A stretch of DNA of 64,000 nucleotides from Anolis carolinensis (Eukaryota), in contig NC_085845.1 in NCBI RefSeq assembly GCF_035594765.1, positions 167,478,897 through 167,542,896 of the forward strand, in the 5' to 3' direction. Both the position numbers and the translations under genes were made by a program. The notes beneath the pieces were generated by a model. That model had not been told where the DNA came from and ran no database searches. It saw only the letters and a list, made by a program, of their open reading frames with translations. Numbering within the stretch: position 1 is the first letter of the stretch; each line of letters starts with the position of its first letter. Shown here one piece after another: positions 51,110-63,319 of the stretch.

Positions 51110-51345
51110 ACAATTGCAACATTCACACTTGTCTCAATCAGACAAAAGTTCTTTCTCCCACCCTGGACATTATTACACAGATATATAAACCCCACTTGCC
51201 TAGTTTCCAACAGACCTCACAACCTCTGAGGATGCCTGCCACAGATATGGGTGAAATGTCAGGAGAGAATGCTTCTGGAACATGTCCATACAGCTTGGAA
51301 AACTCACAGCAACCCAGTGATTCTGGCCATAAAAGCCTTTGACAA
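51110..51345 (+). mobile_element. Penelope-like terminal repeat
   Basis: Same family as 17190-17516. Confidence 0.75.
51223..51263 (+). ncRNA. Minimal type I hammerhead ribozyme motif within a Penelope repeat (possibly degenerate)
   Basis: cct-CTGAGGA-[tgcctgcc acagat atgggt]-GAAA-tGTC-agg. Confidence 0.5.
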
Positions 51346-51911
51346 TGCAAGTAAGAGCATCTTCCAAGTGAGTGCATCTAAAGACTCCCTCACCCTTTCA
51401 CTGCAAAGGTTGCTATGGGTATAACAACAACAACACTACCTTGCCAACTCTCCTAAAACACACTCTAAAATATTTCTTTCAATACTATCTCAATGACCAA
51501 GCAGAAGGAATGCATGAAAAGTTATATTTTGTTTATTCTGGAGCTATTTTTGTACAGCTTCTATAATGACCATCAGCCAAAACACTTGGTTTCTAATCAG
51601 CTTGGAGACTTCAGAGCTGTAGAACATTTGAAGAGACATGCCTACAGCACTATAAAGGTGAGGGCAATCTTGAAAAATCTTCCCTGATACATGGAGAATC
51701 CTTAGTGAACAGAGAAAGGTGGAATTGGTGTGTAGTGCTTGGAATGTAACCTGTTTTGAGGCAGAAGGGCAGCAACTGACACTAATTCAGGAATGTTCTT
51801 CATTTAAACCAAGTTCTGCTTTACGTGGAAACTGGCACATTGCAAATTAGATAGAAAGCCTATTTTCTGAAAAATTTTCAGGAGGAGTGAATTCAGAGCC
51901 TAGAAAGTTAC

Positions 51912-52860
51912 TTTTTATTGATTTTATTTAAGGGGGGGGGTGTATTACAAACAAAGCATTATAAAAACAAGGTTTACAAGTGAGGGTTACAGTGGGGAGG
52001 GTAGAAGGTTTAGGTGATACAGGAAAAGAAACATAAGGGAAAGTTGGGGGGGGGGAAAGTAAGGGGAGGGGTACTCGAAAAAAAACTTCCATTCTTTCCC
52101 CTTTCGGTAAATTGTTTTTCATTTACATTTCTTACAATATCCCAGTTCATTTTTCACATTAACACGTTTTATTAATATACATTTCCACTTTTTCCCAGTT
52201 AGTCTTCTTTATTGGCTTTCCTCTGATTTCTTTCATGTACCAAGTTAATTTGTTCATATTCTTTATTTCTTCTATTTTCTCCAACCATTGATCAATCTGT
52301 GGGATCTGTTCTGTTTTCTATTGTTTTGCTAGAGTTATTCTGGCTGCTGTTGAAATATATGTAAAAAGTTTATCATCATTTTTATTCAATTGTAAGGATG
52401 TATCCGTAATTCCTAATAAATATAGTTCATGTTTCATAGGAAAGTTTCTGTCCACTATTTTTTTCGTGTCTCTACATGAACCATTCTCCAGTATTTTTGT
52501 ACTCTTTCACAAGTCCACCATAGGTGATAGAAAGATCCTTCATACATTTTACATTTCCAACAATTTTTGATGATTTTTATACATTAATGATCATTTCTTT
52601 GGGGTCATATACCATTTGTGGAAAATCTTTAACCAGTTCTCCTTAAGGTCCCAAGCATATGTATATTTTAATTTTTTATACCAAATTTGTTCCCATTCTT
52701 CGAATTTTATCGGACGACCAATATTCCTTGCCCAATTTACCATACATTGCTTTACAGGTTCGGATTCTGTAGACCATCCCAATAGAATATTATAGATCTT
52801 CGATATTTCCTTCTTTTTGGTTTGTAATAGTTTATCCCATGTTTCCCCCGACACCATCCA
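51912..52860 (-). mobile_element. L1-like LINE 3' fragment (ORF2 C-terminus and 3'UTR)
   Basis: [15 protein letters not shown] followed by a CWKC...H.WW.C zinc-knuckle region. Confidence 0.85.
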
Positions 52861-53279
52861 ATATCCTTCCACTGCTCCATCACAAAGCATGCCATAGTGT
52901 TTCCTCTTCTTAAAAGAAACTTCTTAAAAGAAAAAAATGTTCTAGGTGGAATATAACCCTGACACCTCCTTGAAGATCTTTATCATTTGTTTCTTAGCAC
53001 TATGTTCCTTGTTTTCCTCAAACAACATGTTTTATGAGCATTGCCAGTTTTAGCTTGACTTGGATACTGTGAAGGTTTTTATGCATCTGCTGCAGATAAG
53101 ATGAAGCAGTGCTTTCAAGTTTACTTCTGCACTGCAGGCAGGCATCTTTTTCCTCTTTTTTTCAATTCTCAGTTTTTCATCATCAGTGAGTAGAAGCCAC
53201 ACTGGGATCAATAGTGCTTGGCCAGAATTGAAAACTGACTGGGGACAGGACCAAGAAAAAATAATTTGGGGATATCTCA

Positions 53280-53609
53280 GGGCCCCTGGTGGCACAGTGT
53301 GTTAAAGCACTGAACTGCTGAACTTGCGGACCAAAAGGTCCCAGTTTCAAATCCCAGGAGCAGAATGAGTGCCTGCTGTTAGCCCCAGCTCCTGCCAACC
53401 TAGCAGCTCAAAAACATGCAAGTGTGAATAGATCAATAGGTACAGCTCCAGCGGGAAGGAAATGGCCCTCCGTGAAGTCATGCCGGCCACATGACCTTGG
53501 AGGTGTCTATGGACAACACCGGCTCTTTGGCTTAGAAATGGAGATGAGCACCAACCCCCAGAGTCAGTCACGAATGGACTTAACGTCAGGGCAAACCTTT
53601 ACCTTTACC
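53280..53609 (+). mobile_element. Near full-length Sauria SINE
   Basis: tRNA-derived head, BovB-related body, acctttaccttta tail. Confidence 0.85.
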
Positions 53610-54009
53610 AGGGTGAAAGTTCCTCATCAATTCTTGTCCATTCTGGAAATCATAGCTGCAAACAGTGATATTTGTAAGCTCTGCTAAGTGATGAAGCTTA
53701 TGAATGATAACACTCAATATTAAAAATAGTTTGCCATGTTGCATTATGTGTGTGAAAAAGTGAGCCAGACAAGCAAGCTGTTAATAGATCAAGGAGAAAT
53801 GGGATGCTTCTCAAGTCAAAATGCCCTTAAAACAAACATTTTGTAAATAACGAGAAATGGTCACTCTTTGCATTATTGCGTGGTTGCCGCAACTTCTATC
53901 CTGTGGTAATGCTGTTTTTGAATCCTTCAAAAATTCACATCTTCTTCATCAGATATGATAAAATAGTATCCAGAGGAAATAAAAAGGATAGTGTTATAAT
54001 ATTAAGGGG

Positions 54010-54982
54010 AAATAAGTTGATCACAAAAATATACAAAAAATTACTGGAATGGGACACTGAAACTGAACATGTAAAGACATGTATGACCCAGTGGGCAAGG
54101 GATATAGGAAGACCAATCCTATACGAAGAATGGGAAAAGCTATGGGGAAAAAATATGAAATTTAATAACGCCTCGGATCTTAGAGAAAACCAGTTCAAAA
54201 TGATATATAGGTGGTACATAACTCCAAAAAAATTAGGTCACTACAAGAAAGATAAACGAACGAAATGCTGGAAATGCCAGGAGAAAGAGGGAAATTTTTT
54301 CCACATGTGGTGGGCATGTGCTAAAACGAAGAAATATTGGACAGAAATACACAAAGAATCCCGGAAAATATTGAAAAAAGACTTACCATTTAGACCAGAA
54401 CTATATCTGTTAGGGGTGACTAACACGAACTTAGGAAAAAATGAAGAAAAGATCTTAAATTATTTAGCCACGGGGGCCAGAATTGTTTTTGCAAGAATCT
54501 GGAGATCAAACCAAGTACCTACAACAGACCAGTGGCTGGTAAAGATAAGTGATATAAAGAATATGGACAAGCTGACATTCCTAATGAAGAAACAACAAGG
54601 AAACCCAATAAAAGAAACGGATTGGTCAAATTTCGAGGAATACATAAGACAAAGAATGCTAGATTCAGAGGAAAAGAAATAGAGATTAGAGCTCTTGGAA
54701 GAGGAAAAAGGAAACACCCAAAAGTGATCGGGACACTCGTCATAAGAGGAATGGTCATCTGATGATGAAATCTGCAGAGTTAAACAAATGAAGAATACAC
54801 ACTCTTAAATCATTCCACCTCACACCCCCTCCCTCTCTACCCTCTCCTCTCCCCCCTCTTGCATGAAGTACCCCCTCCCTAACCACCCTCCCCTTACCAG
54901 TACACCACCCCTTCCCCAAAATGTGATTTTCCCCCAGTTTTTTTAAGCATTGTATTAAAAGATCTCAATAAAAATACATAAA
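54010..54982 (+). mobile_element. 5'-truncated L1-like LINE with a 181-bp target-site duplication
   Basis: Uninterrupted ORF2 C-terminus (KMIYRWYITP...CWKC...HMWWAC), C-rich 3'UTR, AATAAA and A-tail; flanking repeats at 53829-54009 and 54983-55163. Confidence 0.9.
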
Positions 54983-56422
54983 AAAACAAACATTTTGTAA
55001 ATAACGAGAAATGGTCACTCTTTGCATTATTGCGTGGTTGCCGCAACCTCTATCCTGTGGTAATGCTGTTTTTGAATCCTTCAAAAATTCACATCTTCTT
55101 CATCAGATATGATAAAATAGTATCCAGAGGAAATAAAAAGGATAGTGTTATAATATTAAGGGGTTGGTGTGTGCTTTGTAACTTCAAACAAAGAAGACAA
55201 ACTAAATTGCTATTAGGTAGACTGAAGCAATTGCACGAGGCAACACATTTCAGACATCATTAAATGTCTTGGTTATTATAGTACTTTTATTGTTAGGGGT
55301 AGAGATGAGTACTTGTGGGATTTCTGTACCAAAGGAGCTGGGCTACACCTGGTTGCATCTAAGTGGTGGGATGTGTAATTTGTGTTATTTTTTAACCATG
55401 CCTGTTTGCTAAGCTGCTCTTCATGAATCTATGAAAGATATTGGTCTTCCTGAATTTACACTGGGATCACATCATGTGGCAGCTGCTATGTACACAGCAA
55501 ACAATCTTTATTTCCAATAGGCTCCTAAAGTGTTACTGTAAATTGAGTGTTGACCTTGGTGAGGATTGGCCGACACAATTTACAGGTCTGTATTGTACAT
55601 ATGTATTGTCTGCTTACATTATGGTGCAACCAGAGAAATTGAGTGCCAGTTATTCATTTGTAAGAGGAAATATCAGTAAGATGGCCCTGTGCTATTTCCG
55701 TGCCATTGTATTTCGGGGCCAAACTACATGGAGTCAAACCATCATTCTCAATTGGTCTTGTTGCCATAAAAAGCAGGGATTATTTGTATTAACAGAAGTC
55801 ATTCCTAACAGGTTTTTCTTATTGCTTTGTTCCTGGAAGGCTTCTTTGTTTTGCATGTATGACACACACATATTAACAATAAGTGTCAAACTCCGACACG
55901 GTTAGTTTTTTGCTATCAATCTGTAGGAAATCAGATGCCTCTAGTAGCTTAGATCATGCCGAATATTGACAACTTTGCTCTGTGTGAAGACTTTGTCCCA
56001 GTTTCTTCAGCCAAGGATGGGAAGAGATAAGATGATAAAATTGCACAAATGGACATCCCAGTATCATATTCTCAAGGTGGAGTGAAACAGGTACATGAAA
56101 AATTATTCTCTGAGGAAGAACAAAGAAGAACCAAGAACCCTGCTGGCGGTAGTTGGAGTGATGGGCTCCATGCTTGTGGTTAATCAATCTGCTCCGGCTT
56201 TTTAGCCTGAATTCTAAAGGAGTTGCTGAAAGTGTTTGTATATGTGCCTTAAAATCACCTGTTGACTTCATGGTGACCCCACAAATTTCATAGTGTTTCT
56301 TTAAGGAAGGAGCATTCAGAGGTGGTTTGCCTTCCTCTGAAATAAATCCCATATTACCTGATATTTGTTGGTGGTCCCCATTCAAGTACTAACCAGGCCT
56401 GACCTTGCTGAGATTCCAAGAG

Positions 56423-56575
56423 CAGTGGTTCTCAACCTTCCTGATGCCACGACCCTTTAATACAGTTCCTCATGTTGTGGTGACCCACAACCATAAAATT
56501 ATTTTCGTTGCTATTTCATAACTGCAATTTTGCTACTGTTATGAATCATAATGTAAATATCTGATATACAGGATG
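56423..56575 (+). mobile_element. SPIN (Space Invader / URR1-like) hAT terminal segment
   Basis: CAGTGGTTCTCAACCTTCCT.ATGCC.CGACCCTTTAATACAGTTCCTCATGTTGTGGTGACCC..AACCATAAAATTATTTTCGTTGCTA matches the SPIN/URR1 terminus as I recall it. Confidence 0.75.
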
Positions 56576-56887
56576 CATTTTCATTCACTGGACCAAATTG
56601 GGCACAAATACCCGATATACCTAAATGCTGGTGGGCTTGTGGGGAAATGATTTTGTCATTTGGGAGTTGTAGTTGCTAGGATGTATAGTTCACCTACAAT
56701 CAAAGAGCATTCAGAACTCCACCAACAATAGAACTGAACCAAACTTGGCACACAGAACTCCCATGACCAACATAAAATACTGGAAGGGTTTGGTGGGCAT
56801 TGAGTTGTAGTTCACCTACATCCAGAGAGCACTGTGAACGCAAACAGCAATGGATTCTCCTCCTCTTGATGCTGCTGGGCCACTCTC

Positions 56888-57623
56888 TCTCTCTCTTTTT
56901 TTAATTTTTATTTATTTATACTTGAAACTTATACATTCTTAAACAAATTTGCAATACAGAGTTATATATATCAAGCTCATACAGTATTTTCACTCTCTAT
57001 ATTACATACTCATATTATTTACCTTTTATTACCCCTCACCTAGTGCTATCCCTTCACCCCAGACCAGCCAGTTACAATATTTATTTCCAAAATTCCATTG
57101 TTTCTTTTACAGTTTTTTTCCCCTTACCTTCTACATATACAAACTCTATAAATTTTCCCCATATCTTCCCAAAATCATCCTTTTTTAATATCCCTCTTTT
57201 AATTTTAATCTTACATGTCAATTTATCATTTATCGCAATATCCCAAACCTCCTTATACCATTCTTCCAATTGGCACTCCTCACTACCTTTCCATTTTTTG
57301 GCTATTAACAATCTTGCTGCTGTTAGCAAGTTGGCGATTAGTTCCTTTAACTCTTTTGATACTTGAATATTATCCATAAATGACAACAGTGCTATTTCAG
57401 GCGTTCCTATTATTTCTATTTTGGTGATTCCCTTTATTTCTTTAAAAACGTTCTCCCAAAATTTTTGAACATATTTACAGGACCACCACATATGTATATA
57501 TGTACCATTTTCCTGGCAGCCCCTCCAGCACTGCTTAGAGTATTTCTTATCAATTTGATTTAATCTAATTGGTGTGAGGTACCATCTCCAAACCACTTTA
57601 TAATAATTCTCTTTTATTCTTAT
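56888..57623 (-). mobile_element. 5'-truncated L1-like LINE with a 184-bp target-site duplication
   Basis: Uninterrupted ORF2 C-terminus (KVVWRWYLTP...CWRGC...HMWWSC), poly-T end; flanking repeats at 56704-56887 and 57624-57807. Confidence 0.9.
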
Positions 57624-58566
57624 AGAGCATTTAGAACTCCACCAACAATAGAACTGAACCAAACTTGGCACACAGAACTCCCATGACCAACATAAAATAC
57701 TGGAAGGGTTTGGTGGGCATTGAGTTGTAGTTCACCTACATCCAGAGAGCACTGTGAACGCAAACAGCAATGGATTCTCCTCCTCTTGATGCTGCTGGGC
57801 CACTCTCAGTCCCACGTTGTGCGGGCACTTTCCCCCCTGCCTTGAGGGGACTCGCCGGCACGAACCTCCCTCCAGCCTTGCACACTCTCCCTCACCCGTG
57901 CACCATGCTGCCATAGTGACTTTACCATAGGCAAGATCTTTTCAGGGGGGGCTTCCCTTTTCCTACTTCTGAATTTCCCTAAGGTCACCCAGTGAGTTTC
58001 CATGGCCAGGGAGATTTAAACCCTGGTCTCCAGAGTTGTACTCCATTGCCGAAACCACTACACCACACTTGCTCTGTTCTTTCCAGTTACTCTGAGAAAA
58101 CATTGGTGCATTTTTTTCTGATCATAATTTTCATAAACTTCTCAAAGGGGTCCTACCCCAAATAGTTGAAGATATTTGTATCTTTATTAAGTGTAAATGA
58201 GAGTAACAGAAGAACAGAGTAGGGGTGGGGAAAGCATCCCAGAATTACCTGTGATGAATTTTTCACTGTCTCTCAACTCTATTTTTTTGTCTTTTCATGC
58301 TAACAAGCATTTTAGAGATAGTATAGACCAAGAATGAACAAACTTTCTAACTTGGTGGCCGCATGGCAGGCCAGGAGGGAGGGGGTTCTCCCCAAGTCCC
58401 TTCCCTGCCCTTTCCTTCTTTTCCTCTTATCTTTTTGGAGGCAGAAAGTGAAGGAAAGATAGGAAACATTTGGATTCCAAAAGGTTTGGTCTTGGTCAGG
58501 ATGAAATGGTTGATGGGAGAGAAAAAGTGTATCTATGTGACCCCATATTGCCTACTCCCGATATAT

Positions 58567-58922
58567 AATCTTAGAATCTTGGAGCTGGAAGAGACCCCCA
58601 AGGGCCAACCAGTCCAACCCCCTGCCATGCAGGGAGGCACAGTCAAAGTACTCCCAATAGACAGCATCTGCTGAAAAGCCTCCAGAGAAGGAGACGCCAT
58701 CACACTCGGAGGTAGTCTAGGCCACTCTCCAGGAAGTTGTTCCTCATCTTTTCAGTCGAATCTCTTTCCCTGCCATTTGAACCCATTGCTCCCTTGTGCC
58801 CTGGTCTCTAGAGCAGCAGAAAATCAGTTTTCCCTCTCCCTCCTCCTCAATGGGATATCCTTTTAAATCTTGAAACATGGTTCTTGTGTTCCCTTTCAAC
58901 CTTCTCTTCTCCCAGCTAAAGT
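58567..58922 (-). mobile_element. CR1 LINE 3' fragment
   Basis: FSWEKRRLKG...FQ.LKG motif and tagaatc tail; further CR1 ends at about 61765-61919 (-) and 63440-63532 (+). Confidence 0.75.
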
Positions 58923-58929
58923 TCCCCCA

Positions 58930-59190
58930 GGAGGAAAGGAGGAAGGAAAGAAAGAGAGAAGGAAGGAAGGGAGGGAAGAAGAGAAGGATGGAAAGAAGGG
59001 TGGAAGGGAATGGAGGGAGGGAAGAGAGTGGAGGGAAAGACAAAAGGGAAGGAAGGAAGCAGAAAGGAAGAGAGGGAAGGAGAGAAGATAGAGGGAAGGA
59101 AGAAAGGATGAAAGGGTAGAAGGGAAGGAAGGAGGGAGGGAGAAAGAGGGAGGTGAGGGAAGGAGGAAGAAATGAGAGAAGGAAGGTTAA
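58930..59190. repeat. Polypurine (GGAA-rich) low-complexity tract
   Basis: Direct observation. Confidence 0.9.
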
Positions 59191-60410
59191 GATGGTGTGA
59201 GAGAGGAGGGCCTGAGAAAAGAGCCCAAGAGGTCGCATTCGGCTCCTGGGCCGGGGTTTGCCATACCTGGTATAGACTGTTATTACATGCAAGAGAAGGA
59301 AACGTTGAGCATCTCCCAGTCCTTTTGCTTACTTGGTTTAATGATTCATTTAGTTCTCACCTGCTTTGTGAGACATTTTAAGGAGTGGTTTTCCGGTGTC
59401 CACCCTGTAGCTGAAAAGAAGCTAGGAGAAAGGCCAAGGAAAATACAGCCAGAGGTTTCACTTTGGACCATTAAGGATCAAAGGAAGGTGTTGCAAATAT
59501 GAAGTGATAAACTACTGAAAGAACATAAATGTAAGAATAAAGTCAGTGTAACTTTGTCAAACTGTTAGGTGTTTTCTTTTCTTTCCTTCTTTTTTGAAGA
59601 AAGAATCCCGAGCAAATCTGAATGCAATGGCATGCTTTGCATGTAGCTAGGCAGCTGGAATGAATACTTGGTAGGCAGCCAACAGGCCCAAAAACATGTT
59701 ATGCAGAGGCGTTCCATAACCATGAGTAGTCCAGCCCCTCCCCATGTATATTTAAAGTGATCACACAATTTATGACCCACCACCAAGCTTAATCCAGTCC
59801 TGCAGCCATTGCAGCCTCTCACTGTTCCCTAATCTTTGACAGTCTGCAGTGGGCAGAGAGCAAAAAGTAGGCTTTTTGCCTCCCAGTTGGGCTGTCAAAT
59901 GTGGCCAGAGATTGGATATTTTACTTTTTGGACTAAAACTCCCAGAATCCACTAGCTAGCCTGCTAGCACCAGAAAGTAGTCAGCCATTATATTAAAATA
60001 TAAATTTCCCAAGCTCTGGATGTTATATGTCTGACAATTTATGTTTCGCTTTGTTGAGAGAAAAACCAGGACATTTTAAAACCAGTTGTGAGAGTGGGAC
60101 AGCAGAGGACCATTGTAGGGTATGCCGCTCTTGTGTGTACTTCTCTTTTCTTCACACTTTGCAACTCCATAACACCAAGCTCTGTGTTCAAATAGACTAT
60201 GCCTTAATTTTTTCAAGATCTCTTAGCTTTATGAAATGTTTAGTCATTTTGTGTGTTTCAAAAATTTTGGTCAGAATTTGTCACAAACCACACATGATGC
60301 TAAATATGACACTTGAAGCTGAGTTAATGCAGTTTTATTTTTAAAATGAGAATGCCAGGAGTTGTGGTCCTGCTCCAGTTTCCCTTCTGAATTGTGATTC
60401 AAAACACTTA

Positions 60411-60825
60411 CGGTGTTTCCCCAAAAATAAGACAGTGTCTTATATTAATTTTTGCTCCCAAAGATGCTCTAGGTCTTATTTTCAGGGGATGTCTTATTTT
60501 TCATAAAGAATTCACATTTATTGATGAACAAAAAAATGAACATTTATTATATACTGTATAGTAGTTGTCATCACAAACCAGCATAACCAGACAAACTGTG
60601 AATCCTATCAAGAATTTCTTGTTACTACCAATATTTCCATGTACAACACTCTATGGTACGTACATTTACCAATCTTGCATGCTCTGGTGTTCTGTTTGGC
60701 AGGCACACTTCCAAACACAAATGGTGCTAGGTCTTACTTTCGGGGGAGGCCTTATATTTAGCAATTCAGCAAAACTTCTACTAGGTTTTATTTTTTGGGG
60801 ATGTCTTATTTTCAGGGAAACAGGG
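60411..60825. mobile_element. pogo/Tigger-like MITE (family of 5545-5973)
   Basis: TA TSD and matching TIRs. Confidence 0.85.
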
Positions 60826-63200
60826 TAGTTCAGTGTGGCCCGAGCTCAAATTTGGGAAAAGCAATATTTTAGATTAAAATTCCCATATTCTAGACCCTAA
60901 ATTTTCTCAGTTTTGCCACAACAGTTATTTGGACTTGAAAGTGCGGTCTCATTGCCAGAAATTTGGAGGCACAGAATTTTGTCAATGGCTTAGTTTTCTT
61001 ATTAACTTATCTTATATTCTGAAAAATCTCACTCTGCATCCACTCCGTTGTTATTACTTGATGAAATCTGGCTGTACATTTTTGGTGTGGCAGAGGTCTT
61101 ATAATTACATGTAATTTTAGTTCCTATTTCTAAAAGTCATGATGATCACATAAACTCAGAAGCAGTGTCCAATGAACTTTGAGAACTTCACCTTTTAGGC
61201 CTGGATAAAATATCAGAGTCTGATTAAAACAACAAGGCACTTCTGTCAAACCTTAGCACAGGTGACAAATAATCTGACTGGATCGATTTCATCAGGACTC
61301 AGGGCCCATCCAGACAGGCCCAAAAAGTGGGACCTGTCTCAGTTTTACCAAAGGAGGCCAAAAATGCCTCCGGTAAATCCAAGTTAATTAAACACCTGGT
61401 AATATCCAGATTTTATGGTAAGAGTCAGGTCTTACCAGGTGTGGGCCCTGTGTGGATTGGACCCGGGGACCATGTCACGCAATTCCAAAGCCACACAGGC
61501 ATCTCAGTTTTTTGAAGCCTGAAAAACCGAGAGGGCACCCACCCCTTCCCCCCAGACCCCAAATGTCTTTGCACCTCCTGGTGCAAGGAAATGATGTGCC
61601 AGGAGACTGGGGGGTGGGGGTGGAGCCCCCCCCCCTGGGAAAGTCTGGGTTTTTTGGTGGGAGAGCCCTCAGTAGCGCAGTGAGTTAAACTGCTGAGCTT
61701 CTGAACTTGCTTACCAAAAGGTCAGCAGTTCAAATCTGGGGAATGGGGTGAGCTCCCGCTGTTAGAATCATAGAATCATAGAATAGTAGAGTTGGAAGAG
61801 ACCTCATGGGCCATCCAGTCCAACCCCCTGCCAAGAAGCAGGAAATCGCATTCAAAGTACCCCCGACAGTTGGCCATCCAGCCTCTGTTTAAAAGCTTCC
61901 AAAGAAGGAGCCTCCACCCAGGGCCGGCCGGAGATAAATCTTGCTTGTGCATTTATGCAGTTAAAATTTCATTTGTTGACTTAAAAAGAATCTATGGTAT
62001 TTCTGGAAACTGCTTCCGTAAAAAGGTAAGGTCTTTTGTTGTGTGCAGGCACTACCCAGTCAGTACTGTACACCAGTATTGTACAGCAAACTGTTTCTCT
62101 CTAAACGTGACCTGGGCTTAACCTGTGTGCACTGAGTTAGTTTGCTTCCAAAATGACCTTAGCATGTAAGCCATGGTTCATTGGAAAGTTGCTGCCTTCA
62201 TTGGTGTTTTTGCACCTTCAAAAAGCACATAGAACCAATCTATTTCATGTATTTCATGATAAACATGCACACTCTTTTGTGCTATTTCAAAAGAAAATAC
62301 ATAAATCTGCGGGTGTGCTCATGGAACTCCTGCTCTTATGTCTATTTGTAACCAAGATCTCTCCCATACAAAACAGTTATAGTACTGTAACTCCAAGCTA
62401 CTGGGATTGGGAGCTTGATAAAATACTTGATCTCTGGCAGAAGATTCTAAAAACCTCCTGAAACTATAGATCCTATGATTCCATAGGAAGATAAACATGT
62501 ATCAAAGTACTATAAATGTGCAGTGTGAAAAAGACTAAAGACACAAATCTCATTAACAAGCTGCTTTTTATCATAATGTTTGAAGGGAAGTTTTCTGATT
62601 GCAGAAAACCTGGATGCAAGGACACCTTTTCTGACAGCTGGATTTTTGACCACTAAATTTTCATAGTGCTGTCATTCCACTTTTACTGCCATGACAACAT
62701 ATGGAAATCTTGACATTTGCAGGGTTTTTTTTGTGGGAGGCGATTTGCATTTCAAATTTTCAACTCTTGGACCTCACTAAACTATAAACCACAGAATTGT
62801 ACAGAGTGCTTCAGTGGCAGTTAAATTTCACTAATGGTGCTTATAGAAATGTAAGACTTTAATGCACAAAGATGGCAAAATGGCATTGAAGCCAACTGTT
62901 ATAATTATTTTTGGTGACAGTTCCTATTGTGCCACACCATTATTGGTCTGCCACCTCCCTGTAATAAACACACACCTGCTATGGATGGGGAAACCCATCC
63001 ATAGCCACAAAGTGCACCACATTCCCATCTTTTATCTGGTGCAATGATCCCATTGTGCTTGTGTGGCAGCATGCTTGCACTGAAATGACATCAGGAGGTG
63101 GAACTATCCTGCTTTCCCATTCCCTGCACTCTTGCTATTTCCAGCAGGTTAATACATTATTTGGGATTGAAGAATTGCTTTAAAAATATTAATAAAATAC

Positions 63201-63319
63201 CAAAGCAGTGGAATTGCGAGAGGGTGAAATGTGGATGGAGGACAAAAATCAGGACAGTTGAGCTAATGAAGAGAAGTGCAATGATAGCAATCATATTGAT
63301 GCTATCGATGATCACACAC
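63201..63319 (-). CDS. Candidate exon of the same unidentified gene (CVIIDSINMIAIIALLFISSTVLIFVLHPHFTLSQFHCF)
   Basis: Acceptor ctcttatcccatgacag; donor TTG|gtattt; only one open frame, with a TM-like segment; ends in phase 1. Confidence 0.35.

Noticed and set aside
53876-54682. 268-aa ORF as a novel gene
   Set aside because: It starts at TTG in the duplicated flank and runs by chance into an L1-like ORF2 C-terminus.
57081-57671. 196-aa ORF as a host gene
   Set aside because: Truncated L1-like ORF2 with the zinc-knuckle motif.
58744-59292. ORFs of 182, 73 and 80 aa
   Set aside because: Products of a polypurine low-complexity tract and a CR1 fragment.
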